Assembly: GCA_963742735.1 (NCBI GenBank)
Contig: CAVUMN010000004.1
Coordinates: 640,001-704,000 of the forward strand
Direction of reading: 5' to 3'
DNA length: 64,000 nt
DNA from: an uncultured Actinomycetes bacterium
Lineage (GTDB): Bacteria > Actinomycetota > UBA4738 > JBBDTT01
Shown in pieces: positions 37,009 through 47,351 of this stretch. The number at the start of each line of letters is the position of its first letter. Within the stretch, counting starts at the first letter, position 1. The notes under the pieces are model-generated. The model was not told the origin of the DNA, did not search any database, and saw nothing but the letters and a program-made list of their open reading frames with translations. The position numbers and the translations under genes are program-made.

Positions 37009-38085
37009 GTGGCCGACACCGTCCCCACCCCCGCGCCCACCGACGACCTCTCGAGGCCGCTGGTCGACCCGGACGCGCTGCGCCGCTACCTGGACGAGCG
37101 CCTGGGCGAGGGTCCGCCGATCGAGGTCGAGCGGCACCAGGTCGGCCACTCGAACGAGACGTTCTTCATCACGCGGGGCGACGCGAGGTGGGTCCTGCGC
37201 CGTCCGCCGCGGGGCGCGTTCCTGCCCACCGCGCACGACGTCAAGCGCGAGTTCACCGTCCTCGACGCGCTGAAGGACACGCCGGTGCGCACCCCTCGCC
37301 CGATCCTGCTCTGCGAGGACACCGAGGTCATCGGCGTGCCCTTCTACGTCATGGATCGCGTGGACGGGGCGGTGATCCGCGCCGAGCTGCCGCCCGCGTT
37401 CGCCGCCGACGTGGCCGCCCGTCGGGGGCTGGGTGAGGAGGTCATCGACGCCCTGGCCGAGCTGCACGCCGCGGACTGGCGGGCCGTCGGCCTGGAGGGC
37501 TTCGGCAAGCCGAGCGGCTACCTGGAACGGCAGCTGCGCCGGTGGGCCGGCCAGCTCGAGCTGACCGAGCCGTTCTCGCGACGGGTGGACGAGCTCCACG
37601 AGATCAGCGACTACCTGAGGTCGAACGTTCCCGCTTCAGGCGACGCCACGATCGTCCACGGCGACTACCGGCTCGACAACGCAACGTTCGCCACCGAGGC
37701 CCCCGCGCGCCTCCTCGCGATCTTCGACTGGGAGATGTCGACCATCGGCGATCCGCTGGCCGACGTCGGCTGGCTGATGACGTCGTGGGTGGAGCCCGGG
37801 GACCCCACCGACCCGGTGTTCGCGTCGCTGGCGCAGGTGACTCGGGAGGAGGGGTTCCCCACGCGCGCCCAGATGGTGGCCCGCTACGAGGAGCGCACCG
37901 GACGCGAGGTCCACGCCCTCGCCTGGTACATGGTCCTCGCCATCTGGAAGCTGGCGATCCTGCTCGAGGGCTCCTACGCGCGGCATCTGGCCGGGCTCAC
38001 CGACGACCCGTTCTTCGCCTCGCTCGAGGTCGGGGTCCCCACGATCGCCCGCCGCGCTCTCGACGTGGCCCGGGGCGGCGCCTGA
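37009..38085 (+). CDS. APH-family phosphotransferase (ACAD10/11 kinase-like, LvaA-like)
   Basis: GHSNETF, WVLRRPP...[21 protein letters not shown] and [13 protein letters not shown]. Confidence 0.92.
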   Translation: MADTVPTPAPTDDLSRPLVDPDALRRYLDERLGEGPPIEVERHQVGHSNETFFITRGDARWVLRRPPRGAFLPTAHDVKREFTVLDALKDTPVRTPRPILLCEDTEVIGVPFYVMDRVDGAVIRAELPPAFAADVAARRGLGEEVIDALAELHAADWRAVGLEGFGKPSGYLERQLRRWAGQLELTEPFSRRVDELHEISDYLRSNVPASGDATIVHGDYRLDNATFATEAPARLLAIFDWEMSTIGDPLADVGWLMTSWVEPGDPTDPVFASLAQVTREEGFPTRAQMVARYEERTGREVHALAWYMVLAIWKLAILLEGSYARHLAGLTDDPFFASLEVGVPTIARRALDVARGGA

Positions 38086-38735
38086 TGGCCGAGCACGAGG
38101 CTCTGTTGGTGGACTGGGGCGGGGTGCTCACGACCCCGATCCTCGAGTCGTTCCAGGCCTTCGTCGAGGAGCACGGCGTCGACCCCGAGGCCCTGCCCCG
38201 GCTGTTCAAGGACGCGTACGGGGGGGACGCGGACGCCGATCACCCGGTGCTGGCGATCGAGACCGGACGCATGTCCGAGGAGGAGTTCGGCCGCAAGCTC
38301 GCCGAGGCGCTCTCCGAGGGGCTGGAGACCCCGATCGATCCCGAGGGCCTCCGAGACCGGCTCTTCGCGACGATCCGCCCGGACGAAGCGATGATCGAGG
38401 CGGTCCGGCGCGTGCATCACGCCGGCTTCAAGACCGCGCTCGTCTCGAACTCGTGGGGCGGCTCCACCTACGCGCCCGACCTGATGGAGGACCTGTTCGA
38501 CGGGGTGGTCGTGTCCGGACGGGTCGGCCACCGCAAGCCCGACCCGGAGATCTACCGGATGGCGGCCGAGCTCATCGAGACGCCGCCCGACCGGTGCGTG
38601 TTCGTCGACGACATCGGCGCGAACGTGAAGGGGGCCGAGGCGGTGGGCATGACCGCGCTGCTTCACCGGACGGCCCAGGAGACACTCCCCGAGCTCGAGC
38701 GGCTGTTCGGGGTCTCGCTCAACGACGGGAGGTAA
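38085..38735 (+). CDS. HAD-superfamily phosphatase
   Basis: [25 protein letters not shown] and VFVDD...NV..A..VGM. Confidence 0.92.
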   Translation: MAEHEALLVDWGGVLTTPILESFQAFVEEHGVDPEALPRLFKDAYGGDADADHPVLAIETGRMSEEEFGRKLAEALSEGLETPIDPEGLRDRLFATIRPDEAMIEAVRRVHHAGFKTALVSNSWGGSTYAPDLMEDLFDGVVVSGRVGHRKPDPEIYRMAAELIETPPDRCVFVDDIGANVKGAEAVGMTALLHRTAQETLPELERLFGVSLNDGR

Positions 38736-38740
38736 GGCCG

Positions 38741-39955
38741 GTGGACTTCGAGCACAGCCCGAGATCGCAGGAGCTCCAGGCGCGGCTCCTGGAGTTCATG
38801 GACTCCCACATCTACCCGAACGAGCGCGTCTACGAAGAGCAGCTGATGTCGCAGGACGACGTGCACGTGACGCCCCCGATCATGGAGGAGCTCAAGGCCG
38901 AGGCCCGAACCCGCGGCCTGTGGAACCTGTTCCTCCCCGACCCCGAGCTCGGCGCCGGCCTGTCGAACCTGGACTACGCGCCGCTGTGCGAGATCATGGG
39001 CCGCAGCGGGATCGCCTCCGAGGCCACGAACTGCTCGGCGCCCGACACCGGCAACATGGAGATCCTCGCCGAGTTCGGCACGCCCGTGCAGAAGGACACC
39101 TGGCTGAAGCCGCTGCTCGAGGGCGAGATCCGGTCGTGCTTCGGGATGACCGAGCCGGACGTCGCCAGCTCCGACCCGACGAACCTGCACTCCACGATCA
39201 CCCGGGACGGCGACGACTACGTGGTCAACGGCCGGAAGTGGTGGACGAGCGGCGCCGCCGACCCGCGGTGCCGGGTCTGCCTGTTCATCGGCGTCTCCAA
39301 CCCCGACGGCGACAAGTACCAGCGCCACAGCCTGGTCCTGATCCCCATGGACGCGCCGGGGGTGAACGTCCTGCGGACCCTGCCGGTGTTCGGCTACGAC
39401 GCCGGCCACGGACACTGCGAGATCGCCTTCGAGGACGTGCGCATCACCGTCAAGGACAGCCTCCTGGGCGTCGAGGGCGGCGGGTTCATGATCGGCCAGG
39501 CCCGCCTGGGGCCCGGTCGCATCCACCACTGCATGCGGGCGATCGGCATGGCCGAGCGGGCGCTGGAGCTGATGATCAAGCGAGCGCAGTCCCGGGTGGC
39601 GTTCGGGATCCCCCTGGCGAAGCAGGGCGTGATCCGGGACTGGATCGCCGAGGCCCGAGTGCGGATCGAGCAGTCCCGACTGCTGACCCTGAAGGCCGCG
39701 TGGATGATGGACACGGTGGGCAAGGACCGTGCCCGGACCGAGATCTCCGCGATCAAGGTGGCCGCGGCGGACCTGGCAACGTGGGTGGTCGACCGCGCGA
39801 TCCAGGTCCACGGCGGAGGCGGCGTGTCGAACGACTTCCCGCTCGCGCAGATGTACGCCTACGCGCGCACCCTGCACCTGGTGGACGGGGCGGACGAGGT
39901 CCACAAGATGGTCATCGCCCGCGAGGAGCTCGCCCGCTTCAAGCCCGAGGCCTAG
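38741..39955 (+). CDS. Acyl-CoA dehydrogenase (ACAD10/11, LvaC-like)
   Basis: [52 protein letters not shown] and DGADEVH. Confidence 0.94.
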   Translation: MDFEHSPRSQELQARLLEFMDSHIYPNERVYEEQLMSQDDVHVTPPIMEELKAEARTRGLWNLFLPDPELGAGLSNLDYAPLCEIMGRSGIASEATNCSAPDTGNMEILAEFGTPVQKDTWLKPLLEGEIRSCFGMTEPDVASSDPTNLHSTITRDGDDYVVNGRKWWTSGAADPRCRVCLFIGVSNPDGDKYQRHSLVLIPMDAPGVNVLRTLPVFGYDAGHGHCEIAFEDVRITVKDSLLGVEGGGFMIGQARLGPGRIHHCMRAIGMAERALELMIKRAQSRVAFGIPLAKQGVIRDWIAEARVRIEQSRLLTLKAAWMMDTVGKDRARTEISAIKVAAADLATWVVDRAIQVHGGGGVSNDFPLAQMYAYARTLHLVDGADEVHKMVIAREELARFKPEA

Positions 39956-40467
39956 CCCGGCCTTCCCGCCCGCTCGATCAGCTCGTCCAGGAGCTCGGCG
40001 TTCACCGTGCCCAGGACCCGGTAACGAAGGTTCCCGTCGGCGTCGGCGATCACCGTGGCCGGCAGCCCCGGGATCGAGAGCTCACCCAGGATGCGACCGG
40101 GGAAGTCGACGATCGAGGGATACGTGACCCCGAACTCGTCCAGGTAGGCGCGGGCGGCGTTCTCGTCGTCGCGGTAGTTCACCCCGACGAACGCGACGTC
40201 CGCGCCCCCGAGCCGCTCCCACGTCGCCTGAAGGTCCGGCTGCTCATCCCGGCACGGCGCGCACCAGTTCGCCCAGAAGTTCAGGACGACGACCTTCCCC
40301 CGGTAGTCCCCGGGCTCGACCCGCCCCCCGGCGAGGGCGGGGCCCGACAGGTCGGGGAGCGTGCCCGAGATCTCGACGACCCCCGTCTCCACCTGGCTCG
40401 AGCCGGGATCGCCGGTGGTCAGGGCGACGGCGAGCGCCACCAGCGTGATCACCACTGCGGAGATCAC
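39952..40467 (-). CDS. TlpA/ResA-family membrane-anchored thiol-disulfide oxidoreductase
   Basis: [19 protein letters not shown] and GLPAT; N-terminal anchor. Start codon uncertain. Confidence 0.9.
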   Translation of the reverse strand: MISAVVITLVALAVALTTGDPGSSQVETGVVEISGTLPDLSGPALAGGRVEPGDYRGKVVVLNFWANWCAPCRDEQPDLQATWERLGGADVAFVGVNYRDDENAARAYLDEFGVTYPSIVDFPGRILGELSIPGLPATVIADADGNLRYRVLGTVNAELLDELIERAGRPG

Positions 40468-40507
40468 GAACGACCCGAGGTACGGCTGCAGGCGTGACCT
40501 CGCCGGG

Positions 40508-41521
40508 CTACTCGACAGTCAGCGTCCCCGTCATCTGCGTCGGGTGGGCCTGGCAGTAGAAGAAGTAGTCGCCGGGATCGGGCGCCTCGAACGTGTAGGT
40601 CACCGTGTCGGGACCGGTCACGAACTCGCCCTCGAAGATCGCCGGCGCCGAGGCGTCGTTCCCATCGGTCACGGCGACGTTGTGCGCGACCCCGTCCAGG
40701 TTCTCGAACACGATGGACACGTCGGCCCCGTGCGTGTGCACGGTCAGGTCGGTCGGGTCGAACGCAGTGTTCTCCGCGGTCAGGTCGGGCTCGCCGGACG
40801 GCTCCTCGGTGGGGGGCGGCTCGCCCGACGGCGGCGGCTCACCGGACGGCGGCGGGCCCTCACCGGTCCCCGGCTCGGCGCCCTCCTCGGCGTGGATCGT
40901 CCCCTCCATGTTCGGGTGCACGTCGCAGATGAACCCGTACGCCCCGGGGGGGAGCGGCTCGACCTCGTACGCGATCGTCGCGGGACCGGTGAGGAGCGCC
41001 CCCACCAGGTGGCCGGGGTCCCCGGGCGCCGGGTGCTCGGCGCCCTCGCCGATGTGGACGTTGTGGTCGGTGGCCGCGTCGCGGTTGTCGAACTCGATCT
41101 CGAACGCCTCGTTCGCGGGGACGGTGACCTCGGGGGTGGTGAACGCGACCCCCTCGGCCACGATCGTCACGCTGGGGAGCTGCTCCTCCGGGGGCTCGGT
41201 GAACGGCAGCGCCACCGCGCCGCCGGCGACGACCAGGGCCGCGGCGATCACGATGAGCGGGAACGCGGCGGGCCGGTTGCGCACCCAGCGTCCGGCCGAG
41301 ACGAGGGCCGCGCCGACCAGGACGTTCAACGACAGGAACAGCGCGATCATCACGGCCGAGGTCTTCGAGACGGCGAGCAGCATCCGCGACGTCGAGAACA
41401 CCAGGACGAGCATCAGGACCAGCGAGACGAGCGGGATGGCCACCGGGGGCAGCCCCGTGGGGCGCTTGGGGGCCTCGGGCTGGGGAGCCGGCTCGGTGCG
41501 CTCGTCCACCGTCTCGCTCAT
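40508..41521 (-). CDS. Membrane-anchored protein with two cupredoxin (type 1 Cu) domains, 337 aa
   Basis: Three TM helices, then HNVH...CDVHPNM and HNVA...CQAHPTQM, joined by a Pro-rich linker. Confidence 0.85.
   Translation of the reverse strand: MSETVDERTEPAPQPEAPKRPTGLPPVAIPLVSLVLMLVLVFSTSRMLLAVSKTSAVMIALFLSLNVLVGAALVSAGRWVRNRPAAFPLIVIAAALVVAGGAVALPFTEPPEEQLPSVTIVAEGVAFTTPEVTVPANEAFEIEFDNRDAATDHNVHIGEGAEHPAPGDPGHLVGALLTGPATIAYEVEPLPPGAYGFICDVHPNMEGTIHAEEGAEPGTGEGPPPSGEPPPSGEPPPTEEPSGEPDLTAENTAFDPTDLTVHTHGADVSIVFENLDGVAHNVAVTDGNDASAPAIFEGEFVTGPDTVTYTFEAPDPGDYFFYCQAHPTQMTGTLTVE
40790..40865 (-). repeat. Coding imperfect 18-bp repeat (GEPPPS-like units) in the cupredoxin linker
   Basis: Translates as GEGPPPSGEPPPSGEPPPTEEPSGE; boundaries approximate. 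Confidence 0.6.
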
Positions 41522-42366
41522 GGCCTGCGGGAGCCTACCCGGTTGATCTCGCGCTCGACCGACTGCCACTCGACGGTGTTGGGACCGCCGCTGCGCTCGG
41601 CGCCGGCCCACTTGAAGAACACGATCGTGAGGACGCCCCACAGGATCGCCCCGCCTCCCAGCTTCATGATCAGGCCCGCGATGCGCATGTCCTCGAGGGC
41701 GGAGAGACCCCACAGCCGGGGGAACGTCTCGTAGACGTGGTACAGGGGCGCGCTCCCGAACGTCAGGAACGAGGCCGGCACCGTCGGCAGGATCGACTGG
41801 AGGAACAGGTAGAGCATCTGGCCCGGATACGACAGGCGGGGGAGCTCGGCGAGCGGGCTCAGCACCGGCCACCACATGATCAGCCCCGACAGGACCAGCA
41901 CGAAGTGGATCGCGAAGTGCAGCGGCTCGGAGTCGACGGAGGCCTCGACCACCGCGGGCCAGTGCGTGGTCACCAGCACGGCGTTGAACACCACGAACGC
42001 GACCGCCGGCTTCAGCACCACCCGCGCCACCGGCATCACCGGGCGGAGGAACGCCCGCAGAAGCCAGTCGGGCGTCCCTCGGATGAGCAGCGGCGGCGCG
42101 ATGAGCGTGAACAGCAGGTGCTGGGTCATGTGTGCGCTGTAGAGGTAGCCCTCGGAGAGGTCGTGCATCGGCCACTCGGCCCCGACGAGCATGACCACGA
42201 CGCCGGTGACGAACAGCGCGATCTGTCCGCGCGTGGCCGCCGGCTCGCCCCGGCCCACGTACCGCGGGCCGAGCCACCGCAGGGCCAGCCCGTAGAGCAC
42301 CAGCACGCCCGCCATGACCGCCCACACATCGGGGTGGGGATGCCAGGCGGGGAACTCAGCCACCAA
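41518..42366 (-). CDS. ctaG: caa3-type cytochrome c oxidase assembly factor
   Basis: YLYSAHM.QHLL...APPLL..G.P, HW, WWPV, and DMRIAGLIMK. Confidence 0.88.
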   Translation of the reverse strand: MVAEFPAWHPHPDVWAVMAGVLVLYGLALRWLGPRYVGRGEPAATRGQIALFVTGVVVMLVGAEWPMHDLSEGYLYSAHMTQHLLFTLIAPPLLIRGTPDWLLRAFLRPVMPVARVVLKPAVAFVVFNAVLVTTHWPAVVEASVDSEPLHFAIHFVLVLSGLIMWWPVLSPLAELPRLSYPGQMLYLFLQSILPTVPASFLTFGSAPLYHVYETFPRLWGLSALEDMRIAGLIMKLGGGAILWGVLTIVFFKWAGAERSGGPNTVEWQSVEREINRVGSRRP

Positions 42367-42712
42367 GCACCGTTCCGCTCGACCGGTTCGCCAGCGTGAG
42401 GAACAGCACGATCGCGTACACGGACGCGGCCAGGATCAGCCCGGTGACGAACAGGCGCTTGAGGATGGGGGCGTCGAAGCGCAGGTGCATGAACCACAGC
42501 ACGACCAGCGCGAACTTCAGCCCGGAGAACGCCACCAGCAGGCCGATGAGCGGCCCGTTCGGCAGGTCGATGTAGTACAGGCCGACCTCGAGCGCGGTGA
42601 TGATCGCCAGGATGACGGCGACCTTGATGTACTCCTTCGGACTGGGGTGAGGCTTCGTGTGGGGCGCCGGGGCGCCGGCCGGTCCGGCCTGGTGACCGTG
42701 CTGGGTGTCCAT
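42356..42712 (-). CDS. ctaF: Cytochrome c oxidase subunit IV family
   Basis: YI.VA.ILA.IT..EV and KF.LVV.WFMHL.FD; position in the operon. Confidence 0.85.
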   Translation of the reverse strand: MDTQHGHQAGPAGAPAPHTKPHPSPKEYIKVAVILAIITALEVGLYYIDLPNGPLIGLLVAFSGLKFALVVLWFMHLRFDAPILKRLFVTGLILAASVYAIVLFLTLANRSSGTVLGG

Positions 42713-42715
42713 GGC

Positions 42716-43354
42716 TCAGCCCCCTCCGGGCCGGGCGGGCGCCGGGACCAGGTACACGAGCGTGAAGATCACGATCCACACGACGTCCACGAAGTGCCAG
42801 TACAGACCGACGAGCTCCACGGCCTCGCTCTTCTCCGGCGGGATCTTGCCGGCCAGGCTCATCTGCTGCAGCGAGAGCAGCATGAGGATCCCGATCGTCA
42901 CGTGGGCCCCATGGAAGCCGGTGAGGACGAAGAACGCGGTGGACGCGACGTTCGTCCGAAGGGTCAGCCCCTCCTCGACGAACGTCGTGAACTCGTAGAC
43001 CTGGCCGGAGATGAACACCATCCCCAGCAGGGCGGTGGCCACCAACCACACCCGCAGGCGGCGCTCGTCGCCCCGCTGGATCGCGGACAGGGCCAGCACC
43101 ATGGTCAGCGAGGACATCAGCAGTACGAACGAGGACACGGAGGTGAACGGGATGTCGTAGACGTCGTGGGGGATCGGGCCGCCCGAGGTCCCGACTCGCC
43201 CGCGGTAGAGCAGGTACGTCGAGATGAGCGCCCCGAACAGCAGGCACTCCGAGGCGAGGAAGGTCCACATCCCCACCTTGGCGTGGGACATGCCGGTGTT
43301 CGTCGGGGGGTGCTCGGCCTGGACCGCCGCCTCGGCGTGCGCCTCGACGCTCAT
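42716..43354 (-). CDS. ctaE: Cytochrome c oxidase subunit III
   Basis: GMW.FLASE..LF, FFVLTGFHG.HV..G and GLYWHFVDVVW. Confidence 0.95.
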   Translation of the reverse strand: MSVEAHAEAAVQAEHPPTNTGMSHAKVGMWTFLASECLLFGALISTYLLYRGRVGTSGGPIPHDVYDIPFTSVSSFVLLMSSLTMVLALSAIQRGDERRLRVWLVATALLGMVFISGQVYEFTTFVEEGLTLRTNVASTAFFVLTGFHGAHVTIGILMLLSLQQMSLAGKIPPEKSEAVELVGLYWHFVDVVWIVIFTLVYLVPAPARPGGG

Positions 43355-45237
43355 TCGCTCGAGGGCTCCATGGCCCAGCCGTACAGCCCGGTCAGCAGCA
43401 GGGCCACCCCGATCACCAGCATCGCCGGGGAATAGATCAGCCCCCACCCGAGCAGGGGGAACCCGAGCGACGTGAGGATCGGGTAGTAGGAGGGCGACGG
43501 CATGTGGATGCTCCCGTGTCCCTCGCCGTTCGCGTCACCGTGCGCCTCGGCGGCGCCGGCGACCGCCGGCGCCAGCCGGCCCTCCTCGTCCTCCGCGTAC
43601 TTCTTGTGCCAGAAGTCGTCGACCTCGTGGACCTCGGGGATCTCGTCGAAGTTGTGCGGCGGGGGCGGGGAGGAGGTCGACCACTCGAGCGAGCGCCCGT
43701 CCCAGGGGTCGTCGCCGGCGACCTCGCCCTTCCTTCGTGTGCGGACGACGTTGTACATGAACACCAGGATCGAGACCGCGATCAGGAACGCGCCGACGGT
43801 GGAGACCATGTTCCAGAAGTCGAACCCGTAGTTCGCCGGGTAGGTGTGCGTCCGCCGGGCCTGGCCCCTCAGGCCCAGGATGTGCATCGGCGCGAACGTC
43901 AGGTTGAACCCGATGAACATCAGCCAGAAGTGGAGCTTGCCGATCCGCTCGTTCAGCAGCCGGCCGGTGATCTTCGGCCACCAGAAGTAGATGCCGCCGA
44001 ACAGCCCGAGGATGGCCCCGCCGAACAGCACGTAGTGGAAGTGGGCCACGATGTAGTAGGTGTCGGTCTGCTGCGCGTCGCTGGGCACGATCGCGTGGGT
44101 CACGCCCGACAGCCCGCCGATCGTGAACATGGCGATGAACCCGATCGCGAAGAGCATCGGCGTCTTGAACCGCAGGTCCCCGCCCCACATCGTCGCCAGC
44201 CAGTTGAAGATCTTCACCCCGGTGGGCACGGCGATGAACATCGTCGACATCGCGAACGCGGAGTTCGCCACCGGGCCCAGCCCCACCGCGAACATGTGGT
44301 GGGCCCACACGCCCCATCCCATGAACCCGATCGCGATCCCCGAGAACACCACGACGGAGTAGCCGAACAGCGGCTTGCGGCTGAACACGGGGAGGATCTC
44401 CGAGACGACCCCCATCGCCGGCAGGACCAGGATGTAGACCTCGGGGTGGCCGAACAGCCAGAACAGGTGCTGCCACAGGACCGGGTCGCCCCCGGCCGCG
44501 ACGTTGAAGAAGTTGGTCCCGAACAATCGGTCGAACATCAGCTCGAACAGCGCGACGGTGATCACCGGCAGCGCGAACACCAGCAGGAACTGCACGACGA
44601 AGGTCATCCACGTGAACACCGGCATCCGCATGAACGTCATGCCGGGCGCGCGCATGTTGATGATCGTGACGAGCAGGTTGACCGCCGAGACGGTCGAGGC
44701 GATGCCCAGGATGATCAGGCCGATCGCCCAGAAGTCCATGTTGTGGTTGCGCCCGAGGGTGTCGAGCACGCCGCCCTGGGTGCTGTTCGGTGCGTAGGCG
44801 AACCACCCACCGTTCGGCGCGCCGCCCAGGATGAACGAGGAGTTCATGAAGATCGCCCCGCTCAGGAACACCCAGTAGCTGAACGCGTTCAGCCGGGGGA
44901 ACGCGACGTCGCGCGCCCCGAGCTGCAACGGCAGGAAGTAGTTGAAGAACGCCGCCGACAGCGGCATGACGACCAGGAAGATCATGGTCGTGCCGTGCAT
45001 GGTGAACAGCTGGTTGTAGGTCTCCGCGGAGATGAAGGCGTTCTCGGGCTTGGCCAGCTGGATGCGCAGGATCAGGGCCTCGATGCCGCCGAGCAGGAAC
45101 AGGAAGAACGCGCTGTACCCGTACAGGATCCCGATCCGCTTGTGGTCGACCGTCGTGATCCACGACCACCAGCCGGTGGTGGCCGCCGGCCGCCGCAGGC
45201 TCCACCTGCGGGCCGCCGGCATCGTCTCGGTCGCCAT
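43351..45237 (-). CDS. ctaD: Cytochrome c oxidase subunit I (A1 type)
   Basis: TVDHKRIG, TMHGTTMIF, WLFGHPEVY, VWAHHMF and VAHFHYV; C-terminal IHMPSPS extension. Confidence 0.97.
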   Translation of the reverse strand: MATETMPAARRWSLRRPAATTGWWSWITTVDHKRIGILYGYSAFFLFLLGGIEALILRIQLAKPENAFISAETYNQLFTMHGTTMIFLVVMPLSAAFFNYFLPLQLGARDVAFPRLNAFSYWVFLSGAIFMNSSFILGGAPNGGWFAYAPNSTQGGVLDTLGRNHNMDFWAIGLIILGIASTVSAVNLLVTIINMRAPGMTFMRMPVFTWMTFVVQFLLVFALPVITVALFELMFDRLFGTNFFNVAAGGDPVLWQHLFWLFGHPEVYILVLPAMGVVSEILPVFSRKPLFGYSVVVFSGIAIGFMGWGVWAHHMFAVGLGPVANSAFAMSTMFIAVPTGVKIFNWLATMWGGDLRFKTPMLFAIGFIAMFTIGGLSGVTHAIVPSDAQQTDTYYIVAHFHYVLFGGAILGLFGGIYFWWPKITGRLLNERIGKLHFWLMFIGFNLTFAPMHILGLRGQARRTHTYPANYGFDFWNMVSTVGAFLIAVSILVFMYNVVRTRRKGEVAGDDPWDGRSLEWSTSSPPPPHNFDEIPEVHEVDDFWHKKYAEDEEGRLAPAVAGAAEAHGDANGEGHGSIHMPSPSYYPILTSLGFPLLGWGLIYSPAMLVIGVALLLTGLYGWAMEPSSE

Positions 45238-45262
45238 CTCCCTCAGTCCGTCCTTCCCACGT

Positions 45263-46339
45263 TCACTCGAGCGACAGCAAGAACGCGACCAGCGCCTCGA
45301 TCTGGTCTGGGGTGAGCCCGTAGTCTGGCATCCGCGAGCCTGGCTTCATGGCGGCGGGGTTCTCGAGCCACCGCGTCAGCTCCTCGGCGTTCATGTCGAA
45401 GAGATTCGCGCCGAAGGTCTCCCGCGAGGCCAGGTGGGTGAGGTCCGGGCCGATCCGCACGTCGGCACCCTGCAGGCCGTTGATCGCGTGGCACTGCATG
45501 CAGGACCGTCCGTCGCCGAAGTCCCTGAACAGCTCCATCCCGCGCTGGGCCAGCGGGTCGCTCGGGGCCACGTTCGCCGCCGCCTCCTGCTCGTCGAGCC
45601 ACGCCTCGTAGTCCTCGGGCGACTCCGCGACCACCGCCATCCGCATGTACGCATGGCTCAGCCCGCAGTACTCGGTGCACTGGCCGGGATACCGGCCGGG
45701 ATGGTCGGCCTGGAGGATGAGATGGTTGACCCGCCCCGGGACCACGTCCTGCTTGCCGCCCAGCTTCGGGATCCAGAACGAGTGGATCACGGGGATCTCC
45801 GCGTTCTGGTTCCGCGCCTCGAGCGTGAAGTAGACCGGCCGCCCGGTCGGGATGTGGATCTCGTTCGCGGTGACCAGCCGCTCGTCGATGTACTCGACCT
45901 CCCACCACCACTGGTGGGCGATGATCCGCACGTCGACGCGCTCGGCGGGGTCCGGCTCCTTCGCCAGCTCGAAGATGGTGGCCACCGTGGGGACGGAGAT
46001 GGCCGCCAGGAGCACGGTGGGGATGAGGGTCCAGCCGATCTCCAGCCGCTTGTTCCCGTGGACCTGCTTGGGGATCGCGTCCACGCCCTCGCGGTGGCGG
46101 AACCGGTACGAGATGAACAGGACCAGCCCCTCCACGAGCACGAACACGAACGCCGCGATCCACATCACCGGGATCAGCAGGTCGTACTGCTTCTGGGCGA
46201 CCGGCCCCTCGGGCTTGAGCGTGTCGAGGGGCCCCGTGTCGGAGCACGCCACGAGCAGGAGAAGCGCGGCGACCCCGGCGAGGAGCGCGCCGGTTCGGGT
46301 CCAGCTCGTTCGTGGGCGTCGCGCGGTCATGTCCTCCAT
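45263..46339 (-). CDS. ctaC: Cytochrome c oxidase subunit II with fused cytochrome c (caa3 type), lipoprotein
   Basis: Lipobox LVAC; HQWWW; VIHSFW; CuA motif CTEYCGLSHAYM; heme c motif CMQCH, GPDLTH and KPGSRMP. Confidence 0.95.
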   Translation of the reverse strand: MEDMTARRPRTSWTRTGALLAGVAALLLLVACSDTGPLDTLKPEGPVAQKQYDLLIPVMWIAAFVFVLVEGLVLFISYRFRHREGVDAIPKQVHGNKRLEIGWTLIPTVLLAAISVPTVATIFELAKEPDPAERVDVRIIAHQWWWEVEYIDERLVTANEIHIPTGRPVYFTLEARNQNAEIPVIHSFWIPKLGGKQDVVPGRVNHLILQADHPGRYPGQCTEYCGLSHAYMRMAVVAESPEDYEAWLDEQEAAANVAPSDPLAQRGMELFRDFGDGRSCMQCHAINGLQGADVRIGPDLTHLASRETFGANLFDMNAEELTRWLENPAAMKPGSRMPDYGLTPDQIEALVAFLLSLE

Positions 46340-46403
46340 CGGGGGGTTCGTCCGTGCGGCGGGCGGAACGATATCAGTTCCCCTTCGAGCACCCCGCCGC
46401 GAG

Positions 46404-47351
46404 TCATACCCCCGCGTAGGAGTGCAGTCCCACGATGAACAGGTTCACCGCGTAGTAGGTGACGAGCAGCGCGGCGAATCCGCCCACGCCGACCCAGGCG
46501 GCCTTCCGCCCTCTCCACCCGGCCGTGGCTCGCGCGTGGAGGTAGCCGGCGAACACCACCCAGGTGATGAACGCCCACGTCTCCTTCGGGTCCCACCCCC
46601 AGTAGCGGCCCCAGGCGCGCTCGGCCCAGATCGCCCCGGCGATGATGGCGAAGGTCCAGATCGGGAACGCCACGGCGATCGTCCGGTACGCGAGCCGGTC
46701 CAGGGTCGCCGCGGACGGCAGCAGGCCGCGCCGCCGGGTGCCGGCGGCCGTGGCCGGCTCGTCCGCGCCGGCGGCGTAGTCGGGGGGCGCCGTCTCGTCC
46801 AGGTCCTGCGAACCTCCGGCGATCGGCACGAGCTCGGCGGCCTCCCGCTGCTCGCGGCGGTCCTTCACCAGGTACAGGATCGAGAAGATGCCCCCCAGCG
46901 TGAGCAGCGACGAGCCCGTGATCACCGAGATCACGTGGATCTCTCGCCAGTAGCTGTTGAGCGCGGGGACGAGCGGAGCGGGGTAGGTGTACAGGGCCAT
47001 GCTCGCCACGGCCATGGTGAGCGCCGCGAACCCCAGGACGAACGCGCCGGTCGTGCGGACCTTCGCGCGGACCTCGACGAACAGCAGGTAGCCGGCCACG
47101 ACCAGCAGGGAGAGCAGCGAGGAGTACTCGAACATGTTCCCCCACGGGCCCCGCCCGGCGGCAACGCCCCGGGCGACCACCGAGCCGGCGTGGACGGCCA
47201 GGCCGGCCCACGCCAGGCCGCTCGCCCACCGTCCGATCGGCTCGCGGCGCGTGCGCAGGTGGAACGCGTACAGGGCGGTGGCCACGGCGTACGCCGCCAG
47301 CGCGCCCCCGAACAGCCATCGGGAGAGGCTCGCCACCTGCTCGGACGTCAT
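46404..47351 (-). CDS. ccsB: c-type cytochrome biogenesis protein CcsB (system II)
   Basis: PWGNMFEY, LVPALNSYW..IHV and GAIWAE.AWGRYWGWDPKETW (WWD domain). Confidence 0.95.
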   Translation of the reverse strand: MTSEQVASLSRWLFGGALAAYAVATALYAFHLRTRREPIGRWASGLAWAGLAVHAGSVVARGVAAGRGPWGNMFEYSSLLSLLVVAGYLLFVEVRAKVRTTGAFVLGFAALTMAVASMALYTYPAPLVPALNSYWREIHVISVITGSSLLTLGGIFSILYLVKDRREQREAAELVPIAGGSQDLDETAPPDYAAGADEPATAAGTRRRGLLPSAATLDRLAYRTIAVAFPIWTFAIIAGAIWAERAWGRYWGWDPKETWAFITWVVFAGYLHARATAGWRGRKAAWVGVGGFAALLVTYYAVNLFIVGLHSYAGV

